64,000 nt of DNA from Dimorphilus gyrociliatus (Eukaryota > Animalia > Annelida), in NCBI GenBank assembly GCA_904063045.1, contig CAJFCJ010000006.1, positions 2,222,946-2,286,945 of the forward strand, read 5' to 3'. A model generated the notes under the pieces. The model saw only the letters and a list, made by a program, of their open reading frames with translations, did not search any database and had not been told where the DNA came from. Of the stretch, positions 28,720 through 42,036 are shown piece by piece (the stretch's first letter is position 1; each line of letters begins with the position of its first letter). The position numbers and the translations under genes were made by a program.

Positions 28720-30554
28720 ATGTCGAAAGCTACGTCTGAAAGTTCCCAAAGAAAACGAAAATTAGAGGAATCAGTATCAAGTCCTGCAACTCACGATGGC
28801 TACTACTCACTTTCAGATCTTAACTTTAATCCATTTCCTGATAAAGATAGGGTATTGAATTTTCTTGAAATTTTATAAATTTATTTGCATATAGTCTAAA
28901 AATATTGAATAACTTTGCAAACAGATAGGTCAATGTAGAAACGTTACAGATTTCCAGAAACTGAACACGATTGGAGAGGGAACCTATGGAGTAGTGTGTA
29001 AGCGATTTATTATATTTTATCGATGTAGCAACTCGACCAGCTAATGAAATATTAATAAAGACAGGGCAAAAGATTGTTCTACAAATGAAATTGTGGCTCT
29101 AAAAAGGATAAGAATGGAAAAGGAACGAGATGGTATTCCCATAAGTGGTCTTAGAGAAATTAACATTCTATTACATGTTCGACACGAAAATGTCGTTAGG
29201 TTGAAAGAAGTTGTCGTTGGACAGAATTTAGATAGGTCAATATTAAAAACCTTTTAAAGTCTTTATTATTATTTTTATTGATTTGTATTACAAAATAAAT
29301 TAATTTCGTTTAGTATCTTCTTGTGTATGGAATACTGCGAGCAGGATCTTGCTGGGTTGCTTGATTATATGCCTAAACCTTTCTCAGAAGCTGAAGTAAA
29401 ATGTATTATTTTGCAAGTTCTAAATGGGCTATCCTATCTACATCATCGATTCATCATTCATAGGTTTATTCTACAAGTTTATAAACAAATAAAATACTTT
29501 ACTAATAAGTTTCTCTTTTTCTAGGGATTTGAAGGTATCTAATTTATTAATGACTGACAAAGGACGCGTTAAGATTGGTGAGGAATAGACGCTAAAAAAA
29601 CATTTATGCATATGCCTAAAGTATTTAATTTCTGTCCCTATCCAGCTGATTTCGGGTTAGCTCGTAAATTTGGAATACCTAAGAAACCTTTAACTCCTAA
29701 TGTAGTTACTTTATGGTATCGGGCCCCGGAGTTGCTACTCCAAAGTGAAGATCAAACAACGGCAATAGACATGTGGGCTAGCGGTTGTATATTAGGAGAA
29801 TTGTTAGCCCATAAACCCTTACTTCCTGGTAGATCTGAGACAGAACAAATAGCGTTAATAATTGAAATGTTTGGAACACCTAATAATAATATTTGGCCGG
29901 TAAGCTTATAAGTAAATTTTGTTATTAAAAATTATACGGGTATTATTTCAAATTTTTCGCAGGGTTTTTCAGATCTTCCAGCTTTGAAGCACTTTAGTTT
30001 GAAGAGGCAACCGTATGTCTTTTTACCCCATAAGCTCTCGTTGAAATTTTATATTATACAGGTATAATAACCTGCGTCATCATTTCCCACTATTACAAGA
30101 TGCTGGCGTCCGCCTACTCAATTACATGTTTATGTATGATCCAAAAAAACGGTTATATTATTTAATGTACTTTGATATTCTGTATCTTTTTAACACGTTA
30201 GACCTATTCTTGGAACAGGGCAACCGCTAATGATTGCTTGGAGAGTTCTTACTTTAAAACAGCTCCTTTACGTAAGAAAATTTCTTATCCTTTTATGATA
30301 CTAATCACACATATTTGTCCTTTTTCTTTAATTAAATAGCCTGCAGTCCGGAAATGATGCCATCTTTTCCCCAGCATCGTAATGACAGGAGCACAGCAGT
30401 AGAAGAAAGTAGTAGTAAGCAGAAAAGTCAAGTTTATAAAAGTAACCAATCGAATATTTCCCTTTTGGTATGTTTTTTTTTCTTTAATTTATCTAATTGA
30501 CTAAAATTATTAAATTATCTTTTCCTTCAGCAAGCGAAAAATAGACGTTTTTAA
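28720..30554 (+). CDS. CDK10: Cyclin-dependent kinase 10 (many short exons)
   Basis: [21 protein letters not shown] helix, [33 protein letters not shown] and [23 protein letters not shown]. Confidence 0.93.
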
Positions 30555-31318
30555 ATTAAATTAAATGAAAGAAACATTTTAGTAATTAAACCAACTTATT
30601 TGTTATTTTTCTCGTTTTTTTTGCTCGTTTCTTGTTATATGTTTACGAAAATAGAAATTGCATATAATAAATTTCATTTTCATACAGAATGTTGTTTTCT
30701 TTTTTGTTTATGACCTTGAAAGTCTGAAAAATATTAAAATGTACGTTTTTTTATGTGGCTATATAGACATACTTCGGCTTTACAAATTTTTGTGAAGGTC
30801 ACTTTGAACTCAATGTTTCGAATGGTATAGTTAAACTAACAAACCTTTAGGATTCTTTTTTTTATAATTAAATACATCAGTCGAGAAAAACCCTTTTAAA
30901 AAATTTTGATTGAAATTTAGTTCTCTCATTTTATTCCATTACTATCAAATCCCTACTTTTTGATGATAAATGTAACTCTCACTGTCGCTATCGAGCTCAT
31001 TAGGCAACAACGATTTATCAACAACAACCTCTTTTATAACAATTTATGACTATAACAATATTTAATAAGTTACGTAATTCTAGAAAGGACTTTTTTTTAA
31101 GTTTCGGAAATAAGAAAACAAACAAACAAAAATAACAGCTAAATCTTCACTTAAATAGGCAAGTTGGACAGTTTTATTAGACATTAACCTCATAATCCTC
31201 CTTAATATTGTAATTTATATTAAAAATCAGTTTAATTATGATAACACAAACAGCAAAGAAAATTTCGACTAGCTTATTGGAAATTTGTTCAGGACTTAGA
31301 TATACCCATATAGTTAAA

Positions 31319-32758
31319 ATGGCGGCTATCGTTAGAGTTTGTAAAAATGGTGGGATTTTGTCTAAAAACATTAGACTTTTGAGTTTGTCATTGCATAGAC
31401 TAAATGAAAAAAATGAAGCCGAAGCTATCACACACACTGGGCAGGTAATTAAGAAAAAATAGGACTGATTTTTGACAATTTTATCCTTTTAACCTCGTCC
31501 TTAATCGACTTTCATATATTTTAGCAATATTCTGCTGATGATTATAGACGTGCCAGATTTGAAATCGGACAAAAAATTGTTGGTAGTTCTCTATTCTATC
31601 TAATCCATCAGTTAAATTACTTATTTTTAATTAAGGTTACCAAGAAATTCGCTATCGACATGATCAGAGAAGATCCAGTTGTTGTAAGTGAAAATCGCGT
31701 TGTTTGGAGTGATTCTGGCGGTGCCTTGGGTCATCCTAAAGTTTATATTAATTTAGTAAGTTAACAGTTATTTCTCATTAATTTCCATCTCGAATTACCC
31801 TTAAACTAAAACTTTCAAATATTAGTATTTTCCTTGTATATCTCCAAAGTTACACTGTCTGATCTTTTAAAGATTAGTGTATCGTATAAGTAGATTATTC
31901 AATGCAGTCGGGTGAAGAGAGTAATCGAACTAACTTACAAATATTTTTAAAAAAACAAACTGCAATAAGAGTGTAAACATTCTTCACATTTCATTATAGT
32001 TCGATCATCGACTACAAAAACAACTATTGAATAACCACCTAATTAGTTAATTTATGATAATTTTTTTCTATTGATGTAATCATTATTTTATATTTTAATT
32101 TTTGTTTTTTTTTTGCCCTTGTAGAAAATTGCTTAAATCACAAAGTTATAAATATTTTTAGCAGATGTTGTTTGTTGATAATGAAAATCAATCAGATGTC
32201 TCTACACTCGTCCAAAATCAGCCGAATCGTTTACACAATCAACTAATATATAATAAAATTAATAGTAATCCGTTTTAGTGGCGGCTTTCGTGACAAATCA
32301 AGACCCACTGTCGAAAAGAGAAGGCAGATGGGATTTCTTAAATCATTTACGTGATTTGGGATAAAAACACGTTTCTTGATATATGCCAAAATAGTATTGA
32401 AAAGATAAATACCGCGAAACAATATGCTATGCGTGGTATATAGTTAACATTTGCAGTATCCAATAAAGAGAACATCGTTGTTACGTAAATAACTTACTGT
32501 AAGATTTCATCCCAGATTATTAATAGGGTTTTTTTGTTGCCAAAAAAAAGACGAGAACTGGTTAGAGGAGCGAGTCTTTTATGCTTAATATTTAATAACA
32601 ATCAAGTGTATCTATTTCAGGATAAACCTGGTGTACACACTTGCGGGTACAGCGGAAGAAAATTTGTCAATAAGAAATACTACGATGAAAAGACAATGGG
32701 GCCGTCGATTTCATACGATGAATACTTATCTCAAGTCCGACCTAAGGCTGAAGATTAA
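31319..32758 (+). CDS. NDUFS6: NADH dehydrogenase Fe-S protein 6 (complex I 13 kDa-A); 4 exons
   Basis: Mitochondrial presequence, [28 protein letters not shown] and CGYSGRKF. Confidence 0.93.
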
Positions 32759-34892
32759 TAGGGAAAGTATCAGAGGTTTAAGAACTGACTGATCAACTAT
32801 TGTGCGAATGTTTAGTATGAAAGTATTGTTAAAAAGTACAAAATTCGACGAATAAACATTAAATACGATACTGTTTTTACTCCTTGATATATTTTCCTTC
32901 TGACGCTTTAATCCTATATAGAATCGATATCTCTTCTCTTATTTATTATTTATGTTAGTTTATTGAAAGAATCCAAGGTGAAAGCTTAAAGATTGTTTTT
33001 CATGAATTTTAAAGATCTCGAATCAGACTTCACAGGGCTACTCGTAATCATTACGATTTAATACAACAAACAAGATTTCAGTATATGTAAATACACTTAC
33101 ATTTGTTTATTTTTTTCCCAATATTCTATTATAGTAAAGATTTAACATGATTTATTGATTTCGGCCCTTTGATCCCTAATAATTTTAAAAACCACAAGAT
33201 ATTATCAAACAAGCCCCTGTAAAAAAAAAATTCCCCTAAAAAGATTTCAGATTATCTATAACAAAATCCCGTTTTCTCCCCAGATGGCGCTGTCAGTCTC
33301 TCGATAGCGAACAGAAGACTTTATGGCCGATTTTCCACTTTCGGAAACAATAATAATATTTTTATAAATATAAATAGAGCTTGTCGAAAAAAAATCTTAC
33401 CAGTTTACGGCCTAAAGCCAATCTCATGCAATGTTCTATTTTGATGATTTACATGTTAAATAGTATTTAGGTCATAACTATAGGTAATTGTACAATCGTT
33501 GGATTGTAATTACAGTGCTTTATACAATTTCTTCTCGCTCTCTCGTAAAAGCCTTAGTATTTTTTATTCTAGTATTTCAACAAGTATCGATAAGAAATGA
33601 TTATTTATTTAAATAAATCTTATAAAAAACTGTTTGAAATAAATTAATACTCGAAAAATAAATTATAACTTGTTGCGTAATCTGAGAAGTAAAGTTGATT
33701 AATCTATTTTGTAAAAAATAGCAGAATTCTTCGGAAGTAGAATAGGAACACCTGCCGTAAAGTGAGCGTGAATAACAAGGCATTGAAATTGCCCTAAGGA
33801 CAGTTGGTCACCTATTCACAACACTTTTCTGGAAAGAAGATTTTTGTGAACGTTTTTGAGCGTTTATCCATGCTTGCTTATTATTTTTAAGTGGCCAACA
33901 AAATGTAATAGGTTTATAACAGAGAGAAAACACATGCACTCGATTCGCAGTACTTCTTTTATTCCTAATTCTAGGAAAAGATAGAGTGCAAAACCAAAGT
34001 TGAGCGAGGAAATCGATCGAGCAAAAGAAAGAAATTCCTTGTTATAAAAATAAAGAAACGAAAAGGACGCCTTCTCTCTACCCCTCGCCAAATGCTGTAT
34101 ACTATTATTAGCAATCAGCGTGACGACTCTTGAAGAAAAGGAATAAAGAAGTAGGTGTCACCAGTGTTTATATAGTCTCAAAGCCATCTTATAAATGTAC
34201 TATACATAGTATACAATATTGTCCAGCTTTACTTTAGCATAAAGGAAGCCTAAGGCGCATGAAAGGGCTATAAACCGAAATTAATCATCTTCCAATACAA
34301 AAACTAAAAAGGTCGAGAACAGTTTAGGAGTTTTATCCAACAAAATGGTGCGGGTGTCATGAAACGCTGCTTGACCCCTTGAATTTTCACATCTGGTAAA
34401 AATGCTTTTGTGGAAAAATGCATTTTTTACAAAGCGTATATATACTTTATCATAAATATAAATATACCACGTTCCGCATGCTATAAAATCATATGATATT
34501 AATTAGATACCTCTACTAATCTTATATAATGCCATAAATATGCCTTTTAAACCTTCGGTTGAATATTTATACTTTAAAAGGACATGAGCTTCTAATGATC
34601 TGATACCATATAAAACAAATCGTTAAATCAAGCGTCTATATCTGGTAGACTGCTTGATTTAATGATTTTCCATCAAACGTTTTAGCCGTTGTACACTAAC
34701 GATCTTCTTCCTACAGACGTTATTTATTTGTAACTATTTTGTTTATTTGCTTATTATAAAGAGATTTTTTTTCTCTCATTCCTCCGGGAAAAATCAAAGC
34801 ATTTGTGAAAACTTGTATTTACATAATAAAAGAATCTTACAAAAAGGGAAAGGAGGCAAAAAAAGGGAAAATACTCACGTATATGCTGACAA

Positions 34893-35010
34893 ACACACAC
34901 ACACACACACACATATATATACATACATACATACATACGTACATACACACGCATATACACACTAAATGCTTTTATATATATATATACGCATACGTACAAA
35001 CGCACATCCA
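34893..35010. repeat. Compound (CA)n/(TA)n/(TACA)n microsatellite
   Basis: Direct inspection; it explains the THTHTH and VCVCV ORFs in the track. Confidence 0.95.
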
Positions 35011-36207
35011 TGCGTACGCTCTTGTAAATACGTTGACAGACAAACGCCCAAATAGAATATGCTCTTGTACAAAATAGCTAAAGAGGTAGAGGAATCGACT
35101 TTCAATCGTTTCAGATAACGGATAACCAGAGGTGATATAGGCCTATGGCATTCGACCGTATAATCCTCTTGGTAATGATAGAAGAAAACGGAGTCGGTCG
35201 TATCAGTATATAAACGGTAAACAAATCGACGAAACGCGACTAATAGACGCTTGATTTTCCTTCATTTGCATGACAATATTCCCTCTACAGAGAAGAAATG
35301 GGGTGGGAGTGAAAGAGAGCGAAAGAAATGTAAAAGGATTATCATTGTATTGATTAATTAGTTTAGATAATTTAAATTTATCCTAGTATTGCTTCTAGAG
35401 CAATTAAGTGAGGAAGATATGTTGCAGAAAACAATTAAAAAGCAAAGTAATTGCATACTCTTAAAGTAAAGCCGCGACAAACTAAGGATACAAAAAAAAC
35501 AAAAAAAAAGAGCAACTACTCCCGACGAGAATCGAGATGAATAATGATCTAATTCTTTCCTATCCGCCTCACGACCTACTTCGCGTTATATATGAAAGCG
35601 TTTATGTGTACCTGCTGGTAATTTATGCATGACCCTATTTTGACCTTCTATAAAAACGGTTTGTCACGTTCGCTACAAGAAAAACATAGACGCTCCTTTT
35701 CGTGTTTACCGTATTCTTTGATTAGAAACAGTTGTGTTTGTCCTAACTAGTCGACACATTCATTTTTTGCAATCGTTTTACATTGCATAGCGCAGGCGTA
35801 TTAAGAAAATTGTTTGTTCCTAAAACCAAGACACGTAAAAGTTAAAAAAAGAAGAAGAGATATTTACAATAATAACACGCTTAATGAATATTCATTGTGC
35901 AGCTTCCTTCTATTTAATACAATATGTAAATGTGAATGTAGAAATTTGTTTGTCTATAAAAAATAAAGTGTAAAATGCATTTACAAAATGTCACACTTAA
36001 TGAATATTAATGAGTAATGCGGGTATATCGAAAAAGACGCGACGAGCACATGTTTGTCAATCGATATCAATCGTGTTTTTTTATTCGGTAACCTTTTACC
36101 GTAATCGCATCCGCGCATTATATAGTCTTTTTATATATAGTTTTGTAGACCCAATAAGCTTTAATCAATGGTAAACCCTAAACTTCCGGAATTTTATTGT
36201 TATATAA

Positions 36208-36248
36208 AGAGAGAGAGAGAAAGAGGAGGAGAGAGATAGATAGAGAGA
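36208..36248. repeat. (GA)n-rich purine tract
   Basis: agagagagagagaaagaggaggagagagatagatagagaga. Confidence 0.85.
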
Positions 36249-37614
36249 AACGGAACAAAGGAACAGGTGTGTCGATTCTGATCATTAGTTTTTTGTTTGA
36301 GTGAGAGACGCTCAAAATTGGAATGATACGTTAGGGAAGTGTCGTTAGGGTATTATCTCACGATACTTTATTCGCACGCTTCCGAGTAGAAGGCGTCGAT
36401 GCGGGCAAACGTTAAAACAACGTCATCTCGCAACTGATAACTTAATTATATCGTTTAAAAAATCATTGTTAAATATTATAATTTTATTAAACTATTATCC
36501 TATTAAGCCGTAGTGAAACTAATATGGATAAAAAAATACGAAATAAATAAATAAATGAAACTATAAGCCTATGTATACTCAGTTAAAATTACCTTCAATC
36601 ATTTACATAACAAACAGCCCTACGCCCCTACACCGTCAGCAATATTTTACTTTCACCTCATTTCTATCCCACTCCCTCTAAATTCACTTTTCTTTGCTCA
36701 TATCTCACAAGTCACCGGTTACTAGGGAAATTGAAGTAGAAAAATTCTCAAGGTCACTCTATAACCTTTCGAAATGCAATCTTCCGACCTTTTTATCGCT
36801 TATTTGTAGCTGGGTAGACCGAAAAGTGTGATCAATTGGGCAAGTGAAAACGTAAATAAAGAATTACTAACTTGCTTCTCTTTCTATCTGTTTTTTTTTA
36901 TACGTGCAATTTATAAACAAAATGCAATGAGTAAACGTATTTTCCAAAATATAGCGCATTCTTTTCACTACGAGCGAACGGAAGAAGAATACATCGCCAT
37001 ATTGTGCCGAAAATCCTTTTCCTTTTATAATTTACGCGTAATTTAATGCGGCAAGTGACAATCAATAAATACCGTAGATGTCATATAGCCATTTTTACAA
37101 GGAGGTCGAGGACGGTAACTTTAGATGAATTTTTTAGCAGGTTATGTAACAATATATTTTTGCGTGATCATCTTTATCATCGGGATTCTATTGTGAAAAA
37201 ATATTTTCCATAGTAATCATTAATGTTTTATAAACAAAGAATAGACATTTCCTCTTTTTTTATTTATAAAAGCGGTGAGCCGTGAAGGAAAAAAAGGAGA
37301 AAAACCACTTCCGGTCTCGATTAAAGAGTGCAAATATGGAATAAGGAATAGCTACAGTCTTTATAAGTAAGGGAAGAAAAAAAAGTGACGCCATCGGGAA
37401 ATTAGAAAAAAAATCCGTTGTAAATAGTATTTATTAAATACTTAGATATAATAAACGTATTTAAATTAATTTCATTATCGTTACTAGCATTGGTTCTTAG
37501 TGATTAACTTACGATAACTTAGAGGCGTCAACTGTCAACTATTCACTTCCTTTTTTTCTCTCTTTCTCCCTGCCCTCTCGTTTACTCTTTCCCTGCCGCC
37601 CACCCACTCCCCCC

Positions 37615-37670
37615 CTCTCTCTCTCTCTCATACACACATACACACACACTCTCTCTCTCTCTCTCTCTCT
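37615..37670. repeat. Compound (CT)n-(CA)n-(CT)n microsatellite
   Basis: Direct inspection. Confidence 0.9.
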
Positions 37671-38733
37671 ATTATTCTAGGCCTGTTCTGTCAAGTAAAT
37701 AAAACTCGTATAGACGGATTAAGGTCTGCGTATTTCCGTCGCAATATCATTATTTTTCTTCTTGGAAAACAAAATAGACACATCATATAAACACATTTTA
37801 GAACCATAAGCTAAAAGTGTTTGTAGGAAAAATCAATTAATCTAATGTAAATAGACGCTCAATTTGATGATCCGGTTGCACTTTGTAAGATAAAAAGAAA
37901 TTCTTGTATACATGAGAATGAAAGTATTTCTGACCAGTTATCTCCTAAACTCAACTTTCACTGTTAAAGATGCTGATTTAATTAAAATACTAGAAAATTT
38001 AATTAATTTATCATCTTTCAATAATATAAAAAAGTACTTACGATTAGTTTTTTTTTATTTTATTTATTTATTGTTTCTTCTTACATAACTGTTCATTGAT
38101 TTTTTAATACGAGCTGTTTTTTATTACTATGTTTGACCTGTTATATCGTTCAATTTGGTTTTGTAATAAACAATTTTTATAGTATATTTTATAAATAAAA
38201 TGAGGGGGTGGGAGATAGGGAGAAAGGGAAAGAGAGAGAAGAAATGGAATTAATTATTGAATAGTTTTAAACGTTTATATTTAGACGATTTAACTTCGTT
38301 TAAATGTCTATTTAGAGGTGCGAAAAAACCTAGTGAACGGCAATAATGTCGTAAACTTCCTGAAACTTATTTTCTCGAATCACTCCCAATAGCCCTTAAC
38401 ACATACTATATATTTTCACAAGTTTATAATACAACTGCTTATCTCAAGATACTTCTTATCAGTGTAAAGCTTGCTCTATTTATCTACCTCATTTTCTGTG
38501 GACATACATAACAACAAAAATAATCATCACCCTCATCGTGCCAATTATCTAAATTACATAATAACTAAGAATCAATTATACCGCTTAGTAAAGAACAATC
38601 GCACTATTTTTAACATTGACGTCCAATATAGACGCCTACGAACCTAAAAATAGCATCAGTATAGCGCACAAGTCGTAAAACGCAGTTTTACATAGGAATA
38701 GGACTATGTAAATTCGGATACAATAGACGCCTA

Positions 38734-38741
38734 TGACGTCA
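38734..38741. promoter_or_regulatory. Full palindromic CRE (TGACGTCA)
   Basis: Exact consensus about 440 bp upstream of the first coding exon of the SERTA-domain gene. Function is not demonstrable from sequence. Confidence 0.4.
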
Positions 38742-39181
38742 GGAGTAGGCGATTTGAAGAAAGGCACGAGGCTCCACAATGTTTATTGGTTGGTTGTGGA
38801 AATCCTATAAACTGGCTCAAATTCCCTATCAATGTCACCAGCCCTTCGCGTGCATGCGATTGGGGTACCAGATTATCGCGTCGTTGACCGTGCCAGTCCA
38901 TCAACAGTATTCTTCCAGAAAGCTTGTAGAAATTTTTTTTGGTATAAAACTATTACGCTAACAGGTAAATAGAAAAAGTTTATTTCAAATTATACTAGTT
39001 TATGTAACTTGTACAAACTAAAGATGGATCGTAATATACTTCTCAGGCCTAATAGACATAGAGCTTTTTCTTTGTTTAGACTATTTTATATAGGTCATCG
39101 ATTAAACGGATATATTGTAAAAAAAATGCACCTGTTCAATGTTTGTTTACAACTAAAGAAACTGTCTATTTGTTTCTAGGC

Positions 39182-41739
39182 ATGACGCTAGTTTTACGGC
39201 CGAATGGAGCGTTCAAAGGCGTCACTTCTTTACAATCGTCTTACGTCAATCGAGAGACGCAAACTGGTAAGTAATATATAAATTTTCTACTTTATTTTTA
39301 GTTTCGTTTGTCGTGTTAAAGCTGATAGTTAGAAAAAAAAAAATCACTATTTTAAAATTTCAATGTCTATGCAGAATTACTAAGTTGTGGCGTAATACTC
39401 ATATTTGTAATGAAATATTCATTAGAAGGAAGTTTCATGTTAAATTCACGGATTTTTAAAATTGCGCCATCTATTGCTTTTAAAAAATCTATTTAAAAGA
39501 GTACAATCAGTCTTGATTCACGTAGTTCTTTATAAATGAAAAATACTTTAATAGTTTTACTGAGAATCAATAAGGAAATGGGAAATATCATTAACTCGAA
39601 GATTAACATGAAAACGAGTGTTAATTTTCATACGCTAAAAAAAAAATCACCGGACGCTTACAATATCACGTATACACCATTGTGCTACATTGTGTTTGGA
39701 TAGTTCACTTAGATTTTTAAAGATAACAATACAAAAATACTATCTAATCTCTTATTACCTTTGGATAATACCTTGTTACCTTTAATTTTTAAGAGATTTA
39801 CTTGAAAAAAAATTGTAATTAATATATAATGAGAAACATCAGATGCTATTACCGTTAACTTGGCTAACTTAGCATTATAGTTATTTTTACTGTATTTCTT
39901 TGAATTTTATAGACGACGTAAACTCGATGACGTATTTAGATCTTGATCTTTTATCATAAGAAGCTCTTTAAGCTTGTGACTCTATAATCGCCAGTGTTTT
40001 ACGTTTATTACAATCAATTCAATTTTAAATAAGATTTAAAACGGAAAAAAAGGTTATTCATAATCGATAAAAACCATAAAAAAAAAACAGCTGCTCTATA
40101 TTATAATACAGAAAAAAAACCGCGTTTTCACATTCTATTTATTAAGAACAACTGACCTCTTTAAAGTTCCTACACGGTATCCGATGGATTTAATAAGACT
40201 AATTAAAGAGCATCTGCAATTAATATTAGGTTTTTTATTTCTTTTTTTTTTCAGGACGTAGAAACGACTCGATTCTATATACATAATATACAAGTCTATC
40301 TTTCCCCCTCCCCCCCCCTTCTAACAATCCACCTCTCTTTATAGATGTATACAAAAAACGTTACAGTTTAGATTAAGGCCTAAACAAATTAATTAGCAAT
40401 AAATTTTATAAATGAGAAATAGACTTATCGTTGCTCTGGTAAACTTTTTAGCATTATTTTTTAAATAGTAAATGAAATAGTCTTGTTACTTGTAAACTGA
40501 GCATTTTTTTTTATTATCAAATAGCCAATTGTAAAGCTTTCAGATGTATATCGGAATAATGGAAAAATTCACTTTCTAATAACCGTTTGATGTTGAAAAT
40601 AAGAAAAGAAAGAAAATCTATACAATTTCTAAATTACTATTGTATTTTTCTTTCTTTCCTCCTTTTTTTTTCTTTTTTACTTATTTCCATCTTTTCTATT
40701 CGCCCCACAAACCTTCCCCCCCCCCATCTTTTCTCATCTATCTCTCTGTCTTCATTTACTGCCCTTTTCACCCCCTGCTAGGCTTCTTCTTTCACTCTTT
40801 TAAATTAACCATTAAATGCTTACAAATTTCTTGTGAAATTCTTTTCCCGATAAACTCACTATTATGTAATAATATATAAGCAACCTTCGTAGTTCGATTA
40901 CTGTCAAAGATGTAATCTAAGTTGACCGTAGCACGTTTACGTTACCAATAGATGGCGTATAGTTTAAGAATAACATATGCTTCTTACAGTTTGTTAGTAG
41001 TCAAATACGATCCGACGTTATCTCTAAACACTCTATAATTTTGTTATCCTACTAGATAAATTTTAAGGTGTGATAGATCGGAAGAATTGAAAAATAGCAG
41101 TTTTTTTTTTTAATTCTAATATAGTTGTTAATGGCATGTCTGTGTAATTGTTGTTTTTTAATTATTGTACTAAATTTTCATTTCACATTTACAGCAGATC
41201 AATCAAAACTCGGAAAAAGACAACGTGATTCAGATGATGAAACGGAAGAGATTGATGTTGAAACGTCTCCGCCCCCCAGAAAAAGGATTACACCGTTTAC
41301 AAATACGCCTATAGAGAAAAAAGAGGAACGACGACGACTTTTACGAACTTGTCAATCAAAAATCAAAAAGTTGAAAGGATACGATGAGACACTGCATAGA
41401 CGGTTATTGATAAATAGCGTTACTAAGAGGGTTATGGCAGAAATGAGACGTGATAAAATGATTAGAAAATGTATGTTTGAAGAAGACTATATAGCTCATT
41501 TTGACGAGCCTGTTGACAAAATACAAAATGACGATTATTCTGAAAAAATTTTCGGATCTGATACTCAAAATTCTCCTCCAGAGTGTTCGGATAAGGTTGT
41601 TCAAGAACTATATGAACGTATGCAGATATTTTTCCCAGAACTCGATTCCGATAACGATGTTAAAGTTGAAGACCAATTTTCAACCTTATCTGCTGATATG
41701 GACACTGTATTTTCGAATGCTCTACTCGATGTCTCTTAA
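39182..41739 (+). CDS. SERTA-domain-like protein (TRIP-Br/CDCA4/taranis family); exons 39182-39266 and 41195(or 41198)-41739
   Basis: EERRRLLRTCQSKIKKL...ETLHRRLLINSVTKRVMAE resembles the SERTA consensus (L.K...EP.L.RSVLI.N). Acidic C-terminus ending in hydrophobic residues. The upstream ATG exon ends in a phase-1 GTAAGT donor that is in frame with the acceptor. Confidence 0.6.
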
Positions 41740-42036
41740 TATCATGTTACAGAGAATTCAATTTTTTATCTATGTATTTAATCAGTTCAATTTATCGTTC
41801 AAATGTTCTCATAGTCTTGCTATAATTGTTGTAAATTTGAGAATATAAATATTTATAAATCTTTAAAAATATGTATTTCTTGGCGCGAAATATCACTAGA
41901 GCGGTTTCCTGGTCAAAGTAGTGGTTTTTCTCTGATCAGGTTCGTAAGCAGTTTCATGCAATAGAGAAACAAACCCCTACACATTAAATATAGCTAGTTT
42001 AATTCCATTGTTCAGCCACCAGTCGCTTGTAAGAAA

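Noticed and set aside
33290-33430. Minus-strand mini gene (ATG...MRLALGRKL|GTAAG) near a YY1-like AGATGGCG site
   Set aside because: The best splice gives only about 23 codons with no homology; it cannot be distinguished from chance splice-like signals.
34747-35077. Three overlapping ORFs (THTHTH / VCVCV)
   Set aside because: They are translations of the CA/TACA microsatellite and have no protein-like content.
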